Assembly: GCA_964384565.1 (NCBI GenBank) | Contig: CAYLMG010000007.1 | Span: 1-26,646, forward strand | DNA: 26,646 nucleotides | Reading direction: 5' to 3' | From: an uncultured Pirellulales bacterium | GTDB taxonomy: Bacteria > Planctomycetota > Phycisphaerae > Sedimentisphaerales > Anaerobacaceae | Shown: positions 8,866-17,745 of the stretch, in pieces | How the letters are laid out: each line of letters begins with the position of its first letter | Position numbering within the stretch: the stretch's first letter is position 1 | The notes under the pieces: generated by a model | The model's database searches: none | What the model was told of the DNA's origin: nothing | The model's input: the letters and a program-made list of their open reading frames with translations, nothing else | Translations under genes and position numbers: made by a program

Positions 8866-10413
8866 TTGAAAATACAGAATTTGATTTTTGGAGTGCTTGC
8901 TTTGATACCGGGGAGAAATTTTTATATCAAAGGCCGCTATTTTTCGAAGTTTTGTAGAATAGCGGTTATGGTCACAGCAATCGAGGTCTGTGTCCTTTTG
9001 GCTGTGTCCTTAGCCCTATGGAAGGATTCCAGCTTCGGAGGAGGCTGGCGTTTAGCTGTATTGGTTTGCAGCGTTACTGCAGCCGCTTGCGGAAGCTGGC
9101 TTGGGTGCGGATGGTATAAGCTCGTACGGGAAATCAAATCCATAGCCGGCAAGTTCGGAGATGAAAACATAGCTGTTTCTTATGTTAGCGAGCTGGAGGA
9201 GGGAAAGCAGACCGATAATGCAATAATGGTGAAATTGTATGAGGCAATTCGCAACCGTTTCAAAGGTAAAAATAGTTATATAGTTGACCTCGAGAATCAA
9301 ATAAAGGATTTGCAGCTTAACATTCGACTTTTGCAAAAGCAAAAGCTGAAAACAGAGTCCATTATCCACAGTGTCCGCGATGCTATTATTGTCATTGATG
9401 AGTATGATAAGTTGCTGATTGCAAATGAATCGGCTGGGAAACTATTCAACTTCGATTTTAAGAATTGCCAACAAAGGCCCATTACTGAATTAATTGATGA
9501 TAGCAAGAATAGCTTTGTGGAATTTCTACGCAGAAGCAGGAAAACCAGAGCACGACATACGAAATACGAACTTGAGATATTGAAAGGTGATGAATCGAAA
9601 ATATTCAGCTGCATAGCTTCCTGTATTCACGATGAAAAAAATAATATCTGCGGTGTTGTGGCTGTTCTCCACGATATCACGAAAGAAAAAGAAGTATCGC
9701 AGATGAAAAATGATTTTGTAAGCCATGTCTCTCACGAGCTAAAAACACCGCTTGCCTCTATCACTGCTTATTCGGAAATGTTACTGGAAGATGAAGCCGG
9801 CTCCGAAGAAATGCGCAAAGAATTCTGCACCGTTATTCAAAGTCAGGCACAGAGATTGAACCGGCTTATAGAGGACATTCTGAATGTTTCCCGCATAGAG
9901 TCGGGGCTGGTGAAAGTTGAGAAAAAACCGATAAGCCTCGCTGTGCTCATAAAAGAGCAAACGCGAATGCTTAAAAGCTATGCTGAAGAAAAAAACATCA
10001 CAATAGTAGAAAATGAGCTTATCGTTTACGACCAGGTTTATGCCGACAAAGATATGATTTCGCAGGTTATCGTAAATCTTCTGAGTAATGCAATCAAGTA
10101 TACACCTGCAGGTGGAACAGTAAAAATCGAAACCGAGGTGGACGAAATCTCGGGCCTGTCGCGGGTGAGCGTTACGGATACCGGTGTTGGAATTCCCCAA
10201 GATGATATCGACCACGTATTTGACAAGTTTTACAGGGTCGACGAGAACAAAAAGAAGGCAAAAGGAACCGGATTGGGACTCAACCTTGTCAAACAAATTA
10301 TTGAAAAAGTGCATAACGGACGAGTGTTTGTCAGAAGCAAAATGGGGATTGGAAGCACATTTGGTTTTGAATTGCCCTTGGCAAAAAAAGAAGTGGTTGG
10401 AGAGAAAATGTAG
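8866..10413 (+). CDS. Membrane histidine kinase (2 TM, coiled coil, PAS, HisKA, HATPase)
   Basis: H-box VSHELKTPL, N-box NLLSNAIKYT, G1 DTGVGI, F-box FDKFYRV, G2 GTGLGL, and a PAS-like region. The start codon is uncertain. Confidence 0.93.
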   Translation: MKIQNLIFGVLALIPGRNFYIKGRYFSKFCRIAVMVTAIEVCVLLAVSLALWKDSSFGGGWRLAVLVCSVTAAACGSWLGCGWYKLVREIKSIAGKFGDENIAVSYVSELEEGKQTDNAIMVKLYEAIRNRFKGKNSYIVDLENQIKDLQLNIRLLQKQKLKTESIIHSVRDAIIVIDEYDKLLIANESAGKLFNFDFKNCQQRPITELIDDSKNSFVEFLRRSRKTRARHTKYELEILKGDESKIFSCIASCIHDEKNNICGVVAVLHDITKEKEVSQMKNDFVSHVSHELKTPLASITAYSEMLLEDEAGSEEMRKEFCTVIQSQAQRLNRLIEDILNVSRIESGLVKVEKKPISLAVLIKEQTRMLKSYAEEKNITIVENELIVYDQVYADKDMISQVIVNLLSNAIKYTPAGGTVKIETEVDEISGLSRVSVTDTGVGIPQDDIDHVFDKFYRVDENKKKAKGTGLGLNLVKQIIEKVHNGRVFVRSKMGIGSTFGFELPLAKKEVVGEKM

Positions 10414-10460
10414 TTGCAGGAGGAGAAAAATTAAATTGCCTGAAACTATGAGGAGGCGGA

Positions 10461-10850
10461 ATGATGTCGGAAAGAAAGGTTTTAGTTGTAGATGATGAAA
10501 TTCACATTGTCCACGTTGTGGCGATAAAGCTTCGCAGCAATGGCTTCGAGGTCGTAGCAGCGTCGAATGGTGCCCAGGCATATGAGCTTGCCTGTTCAGA
10601 AAATCCTGATTTGATTGTTACAGACCTTCAAATGCCGGTTATGGATGGTTTTAGGCTTGTGGAAAAATTGAGGCAAAATGAGCAGACCAAAGAAATACCC
10701 GTGATTATGCTCACGGCAAGAAGTTTCAGCATAGAGCGGGAACAAAGGGAACAGCTAAATATATCGGACTGTCTCGGTAAACCATTCAGCCCTAAGGAGC
10801 TGTTAAAAAAAATCGAGGACATTCTATATCAAAAATCGGTAGCGGACTAA
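10461..10850 (+). CDS. Single-domain response regulator (receiver only)
   Basis: VLVVDD, LIVTDLQMP (phospho-Asp), IMLTA and KPF motifs; no output domain; GAGGAGG SD. Confidence 0.93.
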   Translation: MMSERKVLVVDDEIHIVHVVAIKLRSNGFEVVAASNGAQAYELACSENPDLIVTDLQMPVMDGFRLVEKLRQNEQTKEIPVIMLTARSFSIEREQREQLNISDCLGKPFSPKELLKKIEDILYQKSVAD

Positions 10851-10884
10851 CTATATCAGGCATTGCAAAAGGATTTGGGTTTCA

Positions 10885-12579
10885 GTGAAAATGTTGAAAA
10901 CAATCGAAAAAAACTTGGGCGAAATCCAAAAAGGTGAGCTTGAGACCTTTGGCCGGACAATAAATAAACTGGGGGCTGACTTTGCGGTATGTGATGCTGA
11001 CGGTCGGTTGCTCTTGACCTGCCAAGGTAATGTCTTTAAAACAGATTGGCAGACGATAGTAAATGATTGTTTAGCGAACTTCGATGCAGGTGGCCCGGAA
11101 GCAAACGAACGGGCTTTTCAAATTAATGATAGAATTGTGGCTGTATTTCTGAAGTTGAATTCCGATTCACCTGCTCATATTGCTTTGGTTGACATAGGTA
11201 AAGAGTTGCAACCGGCAAGAGAGCAAAAGCAAGAGGGCGATAAAGGGCATATTACAGGAAGAGAGGACAATCAATTATTATGTGAAATTTTTGGTGATAT
11301 GCTGACACTTCTGGCGAAAAGACTTCTCTCTGAGACAAAGTCCGAACAGCAAGCTGTGATGTTTAGCAACGAACTTTCGCAGGTCTATGAGGAACTGGCT
11401 CTTATTCATAAGTTGAGCACAAATATGAGAATCGGCAACTCGGATTCCAACTATCTGCAGATGGCCTGCGACTGCCTTAGAGAAATTGTCAACGTTGAGG
11501 GTATTGTGATTTTGCTTGACAAAAAGGCAGATGATGAAAAGCATTTGGTTCTTACTGCAGGAGCCGGCCTGATAGATATCGACAAGCCGATCAAGGAGAT
11601 GCTTTACGACAGGTTGGTGGCAGAGATAGAAATGGGAAATGAGGTTCTGCTCGACAGCGAAGTGGACAACCCATTCAAATATAATTGGCCTGATTACATA
11701 AAAAATATTATTGCAGTTCCTTTATATGGCAAAGACAGTCTTAGTACCGGTTTCTCTCAAACAGTTAGTAACAGCAACTGCATAATCGGCCTGATGGTCG
11801 CAATAAATAGAATTGATAAACCCGACTTTGACAGTGTCGATGTTAAGCTGTTTAATTCCGTGGCTAATGGTTGTGCAGTATTTGTTGAGAATGGCAGGCT
11901 CTTTGGCGATTTGAAAGAGTTGTTTATCGGGTCGTTAAAGGCACTTACCAGCAGCATTGATGCTAAGGACCAGTACACTCGAGGCCATTCAGAAAGGGTT
12001 GCTTTTGTATCACAATGGATTGCTGAGAGATACGCTGAGAATGAACACGTTGACGAATCGTTGATGTATAATATCTACCTCACAGGTCTGCTCCACGATA
12101 TAGGAAAAATTGGGATAAATGAAACCGTATTATGCAAAAAAGGAAAATTAACCACCGAAGAGCTTAACTGCATCAGGAGACATCCTTTAATCGGAGCAAA
12201 CATCTTGAGAGGTATAAAACAGATGCGTGATATTATACCGGGAGTATTATGCCACCACGAAAGAATGGATGGGGGAGGATATCCTAACGGATTAACCGCC
12301 GACAAAATTCCTTTATCAGGCAAAATAGTCGGGCTTGCCGATAGTTTTGATGCGATGACTTCGGCACGGGTTTATAGAAAAGCCTTAAGCTTAGAAGAGG
12401 CGATTGAGCAAATAAGAAAGGGAATGGGTACGCAGTTTGATGAAAAAGTGGCAACAATCTTTCTCAATAATGATATATATCATCTCTGGGATATTATTCA
12501 GGACGGCTTGGCTGACACCTTTTCCGAAAAAGAATTTTCATATTATGGCACTGAAGCAATAGGGACATTGGTCAAATGA
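10885..12579 (+). CDS. GAF + HD-GYP cyclic-dinucleotide phosphodiesterase
   Basis: TRGHSERV, LLHDIGK, HHERMDGGGYP, ADSFDAMT and R.YRKA are all present; GAF-like IIAVPL..AIN..F. The start may be the ATG at 10891. Confidence 0.93.
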   Translation: MKMLKTIEKNLGEIQKGELETFGRTINKLGADFAVCDADGRLLLTCQGNVFKTDWQTIVNDCLANFDAGGPEANERAFQINDRIVAVFLKLNSDSPAHIALVDIGKELQPAREQKQEGDKGHITGREDNQLLCEIFGDMLTLLAKRLLSETKSEQQAVMFSNELSQVYEELALIHKLSTNMRIGNSDSNYLQMACDCLREIVNVEGIVILLDKKADDEKHLVLTAGAGLIDIDKPIKEMLYDRLVAEIEMGNEVLLDSEVDNPFKYNWPDYIKNIIAVPLYGKDSLSTGFSQTVSNSNCIIGLMVAINRIDKPDFDSVDVKLFNSVANGCAVFVENGRLFGDLKELFIGSLKALTSSIDAKDQYTRGHSERVAFVSQWIAERYAENEHVDESLMYNIYLTGLLHDIGKIGINETVLCKKGKLTTEELNCIRRHPLIGANILRGIKQMRDIIPGVLCHHERMDGGGYPNGLTADKIPLSGKIVGLADSFDAMTSARVYRKALSLEEAIEQIRKGMGTQFDEKVATIFLNNDIYHLWDIIQDGLADTFSEKEFSYYGTEAIGTLVK

Positions 12580-12956
12580 GAATAAAAACACAGGATTATA
12601 ATGATGTTACGGTTGTCGAGCTTCAGGGTGAATTAGGCTCGGAGATTAACGAAACACTGAGAAAAACTATCAGCAACATTATCCAATCACCCTTTAGTGA
12701 GGATTTAAACCGGGAAGGATTAAGTGCTTCCATACCTAAAACCGGCATCGTACTTGATATGAGCAAGGTTGGATTTATTGATAGCGTTGGGCTGGAGTGT
12801 TTACTTTGGGTAAGAGACTATGGTGACGAAAACAATTGTCAGTTCAGGTTAGCCGGGCTTGATGAAAATTGCACCAAAATTCTTGAAATCACCAGACTTG
12901 AAAACGAATTCAGTTGTTATTCCGAGCTTTCTGAGGCCGTAAAAAGTTTGGCATAA
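12576..12956 (+). CDS. STAS-domain protein (anti-anti-sigma-like)
   Basis: VTVVELQGEL..IVLDMSKVGFIDSVGL..ILEITRL. ATGA overlap with the HD-GYP stop codon. Confidence 0.9.
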   Translation: MRIKTQDYNDVTVVELQGELGSEINETLRKTISNIIQSPFSEDLNREGLSASIPKTGIVLDMSKVGFIDSVGLECLLWVRDYGDENNCQFRLAGLDENCTKILEITRLENEFSCYSELSEAVKSLA

Positions 12957-12982
12957 GTAAAACACGAGAGAAATACAAAGAT

Positions 12983-14704
12983 ATGGGCGAGATATTTACT
13001 GAAAACAGAATGCAGCTTGGCGAGTTGCTTCTCAGCAACGGCATCGTTACAGCCGAGCAGATAGAAGATGTTCTTAGAGAGCAGAGCGGCAAAGGGCATA
13101 AAAAGCTTTTTGGTGAGCTTCTTGTAGAGAAAGGTTATTGTACGGATAACCAGATAGCTTCCGCTCTGGCTGAGGCCTATGGTGTGCCCTATGCTCAGGT
13201 CGGGCCGAAGTTATGTGATGCAAAAATTTTGGAAATCCTGCCGAGAGAGTTTCTTGAAAAACACCTCGTTCTGCCGTTGTTTAAGGTTTATGATTTACTG
13301 ACAGTTGCAGTAAGTGAGCCGACTAATGTCTTTTTAATTGATGAAATAGAACGTCTTAGCAGCTGCAAGGTACAGATAGTCTGTGCAACTGTCAAAGATA
13401 TTAAAAACACTATACAGACCTATTTGCCTGCGGCTAATGTTTTTGTTATCGATGATATCATCGATGAGGAAGGTCTGGAAGATTTTACCCTCATAGAAAA
13501 TATCACGGAAGATATAACTAATCTCGAGGAGATAGCCGGCCAGTCGCCTGTTGTGAAACTGGTAAATTATCTTCTCTATAACGCCGTTCAGGAAAATGCG
13601 AGCGATATTCACATCGAGCCCGACGAGAGAAAATTGCGGGTTAGATACAGGGTTGATGGTAATTTGTATGAAAAAATGTCCCCGCCTTATCAGATGCATT
13701 CAGCACTTGTTTCAAGAATAAAGATTATGGCTGAACTGGACATAGCACAGAGACGCTTACCACAGGATGGAGGAATCCACGTCCTGATAGAGGGTAAGGC
13801 TGTCGATCTTAGAGTGTCAATTATGCCGACTAATTTCGGGGAAAAGGTGGTTGTAAGAGTCATCAATCCTCAGAATATCATCTTTAATCTTGAGTCACTG
13901 GGTTTTGCCTATAAAAGTCTCGAGATATATCGAAAAATAATGCAGGCTCCAAATGGAATCATTTTAGTGACGGGTCCTACAGGCTCCGGAAAGAATACAA
14001 CTCTTTACGCCACCCTTTTGGAGTTAAACCGCGAAAATGTGAACATATGCACGGTCGAGGACCCTATCGAATGTAATGTCTCAGGCATCAATCAGTTTCA
14101 GGTCATTGACAGCATTGGTTTTAGCTTCTCAACAGCCCTGAGGAGTTTGTTGAGACAGGACCCGGACATAATAATGGTGGGTGAGATTCGGGATAAAGCT
14201 ACTGCGACTATTGCTATTCAGGCTGCGTTGACCGGCCATCTTGTTTTTTCGACTTTGCATACGAATGATGCGCCGGCAGCAGTAACACGTCTGATAGATT
14301 TGGATGTGCCTCCTTTTCTTGTAAGTGCTTCCCTGATAGCCGTGCTGGCACAGAGATTGGTACGAAAGGTATGTCCAAGTTGCAAGTCGGAATATGTACC
14401 CTCCGCGAGCATTAAAAATATAGTTGCAAAAATGGGTGGTGAAATAGAGAAGTATTATCGGGGTTTAGGCTGTAGGGAGTGCAGAAATACCGGTTGTTCC
14501 GGCCGTATAGCGGTTCATGAGTTATTTTTACCCGGCGAGAAAATTAACGAGATGATTAATCAGGGGGCAAGTCTGAAGAAGCTTAGACAGCAGGCTCTGA
14601 AAGATGGTATGGTTCCCCTTCAACTGGATGGAATCGAGAAAGTAAGAGCCGGCATTGTGCCTGTCGAGGAAGTATTAAGAGTAACTCAGCCGGAAGAAAA
14701 TTAA
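12983..14704 (+). CDS. GspE/PilB-family assembly ATPase with an N-terminal MshEN domain
   Basis: ASDIHIEP, RIKIMAELDIAQRRLPQDG, Walker A GPTGSGKNT, Asp box TVEDPIE, Walker B DPDIIMVGEIRD, His box TGHLVFSTLHTN, and a tetracysteine motif. Confidence 0.96.
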   Translation: MGEIFTENRMQLGELLLSNGIVTAEQIEDVLREQSGKGHKKLFGELLVEKGYCTDNQIASALAEAYGVPYAQVGPKLCDAKILEILPREFLEKHLVLPLFKVYDLLTVAVSEPTNVFLIDEIERLSSCKVQIVCATVKDIKNTIQTYLPAANVFVIDDIIDEEGLEDFTLIENITEDITNLEEIAGQSPVVKLVNYLLYNAVQENASDIHIEPDERKLRVRYRVDGNLYEKMSPPYQMHSALVSRIKIMAELDIAQRRLPQDGGIHVLIEGKAVDLRVSIMPTNFGEKVVVRVINPQNIIFNLESLGFAYKSLEIYRKIMQAPNGIILVTGPTGSGKNTTLYATLLELNRENVNICTVEDPIECNVSGINQFQVIDSIGFSFSTALRSLLRQDPDIIMVGEIRDKATATIAIQAALTGHLVFSTLHTNDAPAAVTRLIDLDVPPFLVSASLIAVLAQRLVRKVCPSCKSEYVPSASIKNIVAKMGGEIEKYYRGLGCRECRNTGCSGRIAVHELFLPGEKINEMINQGASLKKLRQQALKDGMVPLQLDGIEKVRAGIVPVEEVLRVTQPEEN

Positions 14705-14743
14705 ATCGATTGACGGATTTTAGTAATCGAAGAAGGCGGTTAA

Positions 14744-15922
14744 ATGCCTGTATTAGTACCAAAAAAAACCAAAAAGTCTGACGCTTCAAGGAGCCCAAGA
14801 CAGCGAAAAACATCTATTTATACGATGGTAACGAGCAGCCCTTCTATGGTAGAGCGCTCCTCGAAGTCTAAATTAAAGCGATTAGATCTGATAATGTTTA
14901 CAACTCAGTTATCGGTGATGCTTGACAGTGGAGTTATACTTAGCGATGCACTCGATGCCATTGACGGGCAAACTAATGAGGGCACGTTTAGGACAATAAT
15001 CAGAGGTGTTAACACATCTGTTAAAAACGGCGATAGCTTTTCAAATGCTTTGGCCGGGTATCCGAAGGTATTTAGTTCGATGTTTATTAGTATGGTCAGA
15101 GCCTCTGAAGCTTCGGGTAGAATGTCTGAAATGCTGCATGTGCTCGCAGGGTATCTTGAATTTGAATTCGATATCCGCAAACGCCTCAAAGGAGCGCTTG
15201 CGTATCCTCTTATGATGGCTCTGATTGCTGTGGTTGCAACTTGCTTGTTGTTTTTTTTCGTACTGCCGAGGTTTATGAAGATTTACGAATCCAGAGGAGC
15301 AGCTTTACCGAAGCTTACTCAGTTGTTGATAGATATTAGTAACCTGTTTCGAAATTTTCAGTTCCTCACTATTATGTTTACAGTTGTTGTTTTTGTCGCT
15401 GTGGCAGTTTATAAATGGTCTAAAACTATTAATGGCCGGCGCTTAATAGATTATGCAAAAATCCATATGCCAATCCTGGGCTCAATGTTTGTGGATATGA
15501 TTATAGCTCGAAGTATGAGAATTATAGCAACGATGATTTCTACCGGTGTTAGTCTTTTAGAGACGGTAGAAGTTGTACACGGTGCCACTAAAAATTATTA
15601 TTTCCAGCAGCTTTGGAGCTGGGTCGATGAAAAAATACGAAACGGCTATCAATTGACGGAAGCTATGCAGATTTATCCGCAGAGCGGCTTAATAGAACCG
15701 GCTATTTTGCAAATGCTCAAAGCCGGTGAAAAAAGCGGTAACATTGGAAAGGTAAGCAATAAAATTTCACTCTTTTACGAAAAGAAACTTGAAAGCTCAA
15801 TCGTCTCGGCCACAAGGATTTTAGAGCCGCTTTTGTTATTAATTATAGGAGGCATTATAGGAATTATAGTCATAGCTCTGTTGCTGCCGGTATTCAGAAT
15901 ATCTTCAATTATCGCCCATTAG
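14744..15922 (+). CDS. GspF/PilC-family inner-membrane platform protein
   Basis: FTTQLSVMLDSGV, ASEASG, ALAYP, AGEKSG and LEPLLL..IG....ALLLPVF. Confidence 0.95.
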   Translation: MPVLVPKKTKKSDASRSPRQRKTSIYTMVTSSPSMVERSSKSKLKRLDLIMFTTQLSVMLDSGVILSDALDAIDGQTNEGTFRTIIRGVNTSVKNGDSFSNALAGYPKVFSSMFISMVRASEASGRMSEMLHVLAGYLEFEFDIRKRLKGALAYPLMMALIAVVATCLLFFFVLPRFMKIYESRGAALPKLTQLLIDISNLFRNFQFLTIMFTVVVFVAVAVYKWSKTINGRRLIDYAKIHMPILGSMFVDMIIARSMRIIATMISTGVSLLETVEVVHGATKNYYFQQLWSWVDEKIRNGYQLTEAMQIYPQSGLIEPAILQMLKAGEKSGNIGKVSNKISLFYEKKLESSIVSATRILEPLLLLIIGGIIGIIVIALLLPVFRISSIIAH

Positions 15923-15941
15923 CTTACCTTTCATAAATAAC

Positions 15942-15967
15942 TCAGGCTCAAAAATCGAGCCTGATTA
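15942..15967 (+). terminator. Probable terminator or hairpin closing the filament operon
   Basis: Perfect 8-bp stem TCAGGCTC/GAGCCTGA 20 nt after the stop codon; weak U-tract. Confidence 0.55.
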
Positions 15968-16146
15968 ATCCTGCCTTGTTTGTAGCTTTATGCCTGCAAA
16001 TCGCTTTAGACCGGACATTTCACTTATTTTTTAGAGCCTTTAGCCTGAGTTCTTTAGAAGTAAGCTCTTATGGCAAAACTTCAATATAATCCTCTTTAAT
16101 ACCGCCGCAGTTTCGCCCTAAGCCGACATTAAAAATATTTAATTCA

Positions 16147-16174
16147 TTGACAAAAGTTCCCCCCAACGTATAAT
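16147..16174 (+). promoter_or_regulatory. Sigma70-type promoter
   Basis: Perfect hexamers: TTGACA-N16-TATAAT. Confidence 0.8.
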
Positions 16175-16316
16175 CATATTATCTTGAACATTTTTCCAGT
16201 GGCGGACGACGATGAAAATGCGGTTCTACTAACCCGATTCTGATAATCTTCTGAAAACATATTGGTGCACGAAGAGTGCGCCGTGAAAATAAAAACTTTT
16301 TTGAAAGGAGAGAAAG

Positions 16317-17699
16317 ATGAAAACTAAAAAAATGTTAACAATTTCTGTTTTGGCTCTGGGTCTGATTCTCTGTCACGCCTGTATATGCGAGGCAGAAGAA
16401 ATGGGTACTGCTTTTACCTACCAAGGCCGGCTGATGGACAAAAACAAGCCCGCAGATGGACCCTATAGCTTCCAGTTCAGACTCTATGACAGCAACGACC
16501 CCTGCACCGGCACTTTGTTAGAAAGTCCGATTGATATAAACGACCTTGATGTCATTGATGGGCACTTCGTGGTGGAACTGGATTTTGGCAGCGGAATCTT
16601 CGACGGCAATGCAGTCTGGCTCGAAACAAGGGTAGTTGAGAGTCCCATGGGCAGTGACCCTGCTACACTCAGCCCAATGCTGGAGCTGACACCAACACCC
16701 TATGCGCTTTATGCAAAGACCGCAGGGGGTGATGATGACTGGATGGTCTCCGGGAATGATATGTACTCAATTCCCTCCGGTAATGTCGGTATCGGGACGA
16801 CAGAGCCGCAGAAAAAGCTGGAAATAGCCAGCGATAGTTTTACAGACCTTGGAATCGGTTTAAGGATTAATACGCCGGGTGGAACGAGCTGGAGTATTAA
16901 TAATGATGTAGGGATTTTCAAGATAGATGAACACGCTTCCTGCGGCCCGGAGTTTGAAAACAACACAAGAATTGCAATAGTCGGCAATTGCATTGGCTCA
17001 CCATACGGCGGCAACGTCGGTATTGGAACGACGAGCCCTGAGACAAAGTTGCACGTATATGAATCATCATCAAGTGATGTTTATATGTCCGTGGAAGCAA
17101 GCAGTAGTGATGGTGAGGCAGGTGTACGACTAAAAAATCCAGCAGGTGGCTGGGATGTCTTTGCCAATGATGAGAATGGTGACTTTGGAATCGCTCATGC
17201 ATTAGCAGAGCGAGTTCTGACTATTAAAAATTCGACCGGCAATGTCGGCATAGGCACAGAGAGTCCGGACGAAAAATTACATATTTCCGGCAACGTCAAA
17301 ATCGTCGATGGGAACCAAGGGGCTAATAAAGTTTTGACATCAGATGCCAACGGCGTGGGAAGCTGGCAAGCACCTCCAGCTTCAGGTCTGCCTTCGGGAG
17401 TTATTGTGATGTGGTCGGGCAGTATAGCAGGTATTCCTACGGGCTGGGCGTTATGCGACGGAAATAATGGTACACCCGATTTAAGAGATAGATTTATTGT
17501 AGGTGCCGGTAACTCATATACAATAGGGGAACAAGGAGGTTCTACTTCTCATGCTCATACTGGTGCAACTAGTACGGGTATTTGGTTGTCTTCTGGATGT
17601 GGTCAAGGTTGTGAAAATGGCCACTATCACACTTTCACAACTGACACTAGTGAGCACAGACCGCCATATTACGCTCTGGCGTTAATTATGAAATTGTGA
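16317..17699 (+). CDS. Secreted tail-fibre-like repeat protein with a C-terminal tail-collar-like domain
   Basis: Sec-like signal peptide, TAFTYQGRL N-domain, three GNVGIGT..P..KL repeats, and C-terminal GVIVMWSG..IPTGWALCDG..GTPDLRDRFIVGAG. AAGGAGA SD. Confidence 0.8.
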   Translation: MKTKKMLTISVLALGLILCHACICEAEEMGTAFTYQGRLMDKNKPADGPYSFQFRLYDSNDPCTGTLLESPIDINDLDVIDGHFVVELDFGSGIFDGNAVWLETRVVESPMGSDPATLSPMLELTPTPYALYAKTAGGDDDWMVSGNDMYSIPSGNVGIGTTEPQKKLEIASDSFTDLGIGLRINTPGGTSWSINNDVGIFKIDEHASCGPEFENNTRIAIVGNCIGSPYGGNVGIGTTSPETKLHVYESSSSDVYMSVEASSSDGEAGVRLKNPAGGWDVFANDENGDFGIAHALAERVLTIKNSTGNVGIGTESPDEKLHISGNVKIVDGNQGANKVLTSDANGVGSWQAPPASGLPSGVIVMWSGSIAGIPTGWALCDGNNGTPDLRDRFIVGAGNSYTIGEQGGSTSHAHTGATSTGIWLSSGCGQGCENGHYHTFTTDTSEHRPPYYALALIMKL

Positions 17700-17745
17700 G
17701 TTTAAAGAGGGATGGAAAAAGCTATCGAATTAAAGGAAATCACAT

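Noticed and set aside
9781-10581. 266-aa antisense ORF, and other nested ORFs in the track such as 270-836 and 21779-22249
   Set aside because: They overlap well-supported genes on the opposite strand or in another frame and have non-protein-like composition.
16317-17699. Prophage remnant
   Set aside because: The gene has a signal peptide and a host-type promoter, and there are no integrase, capsid, terminase or baseplate genes.
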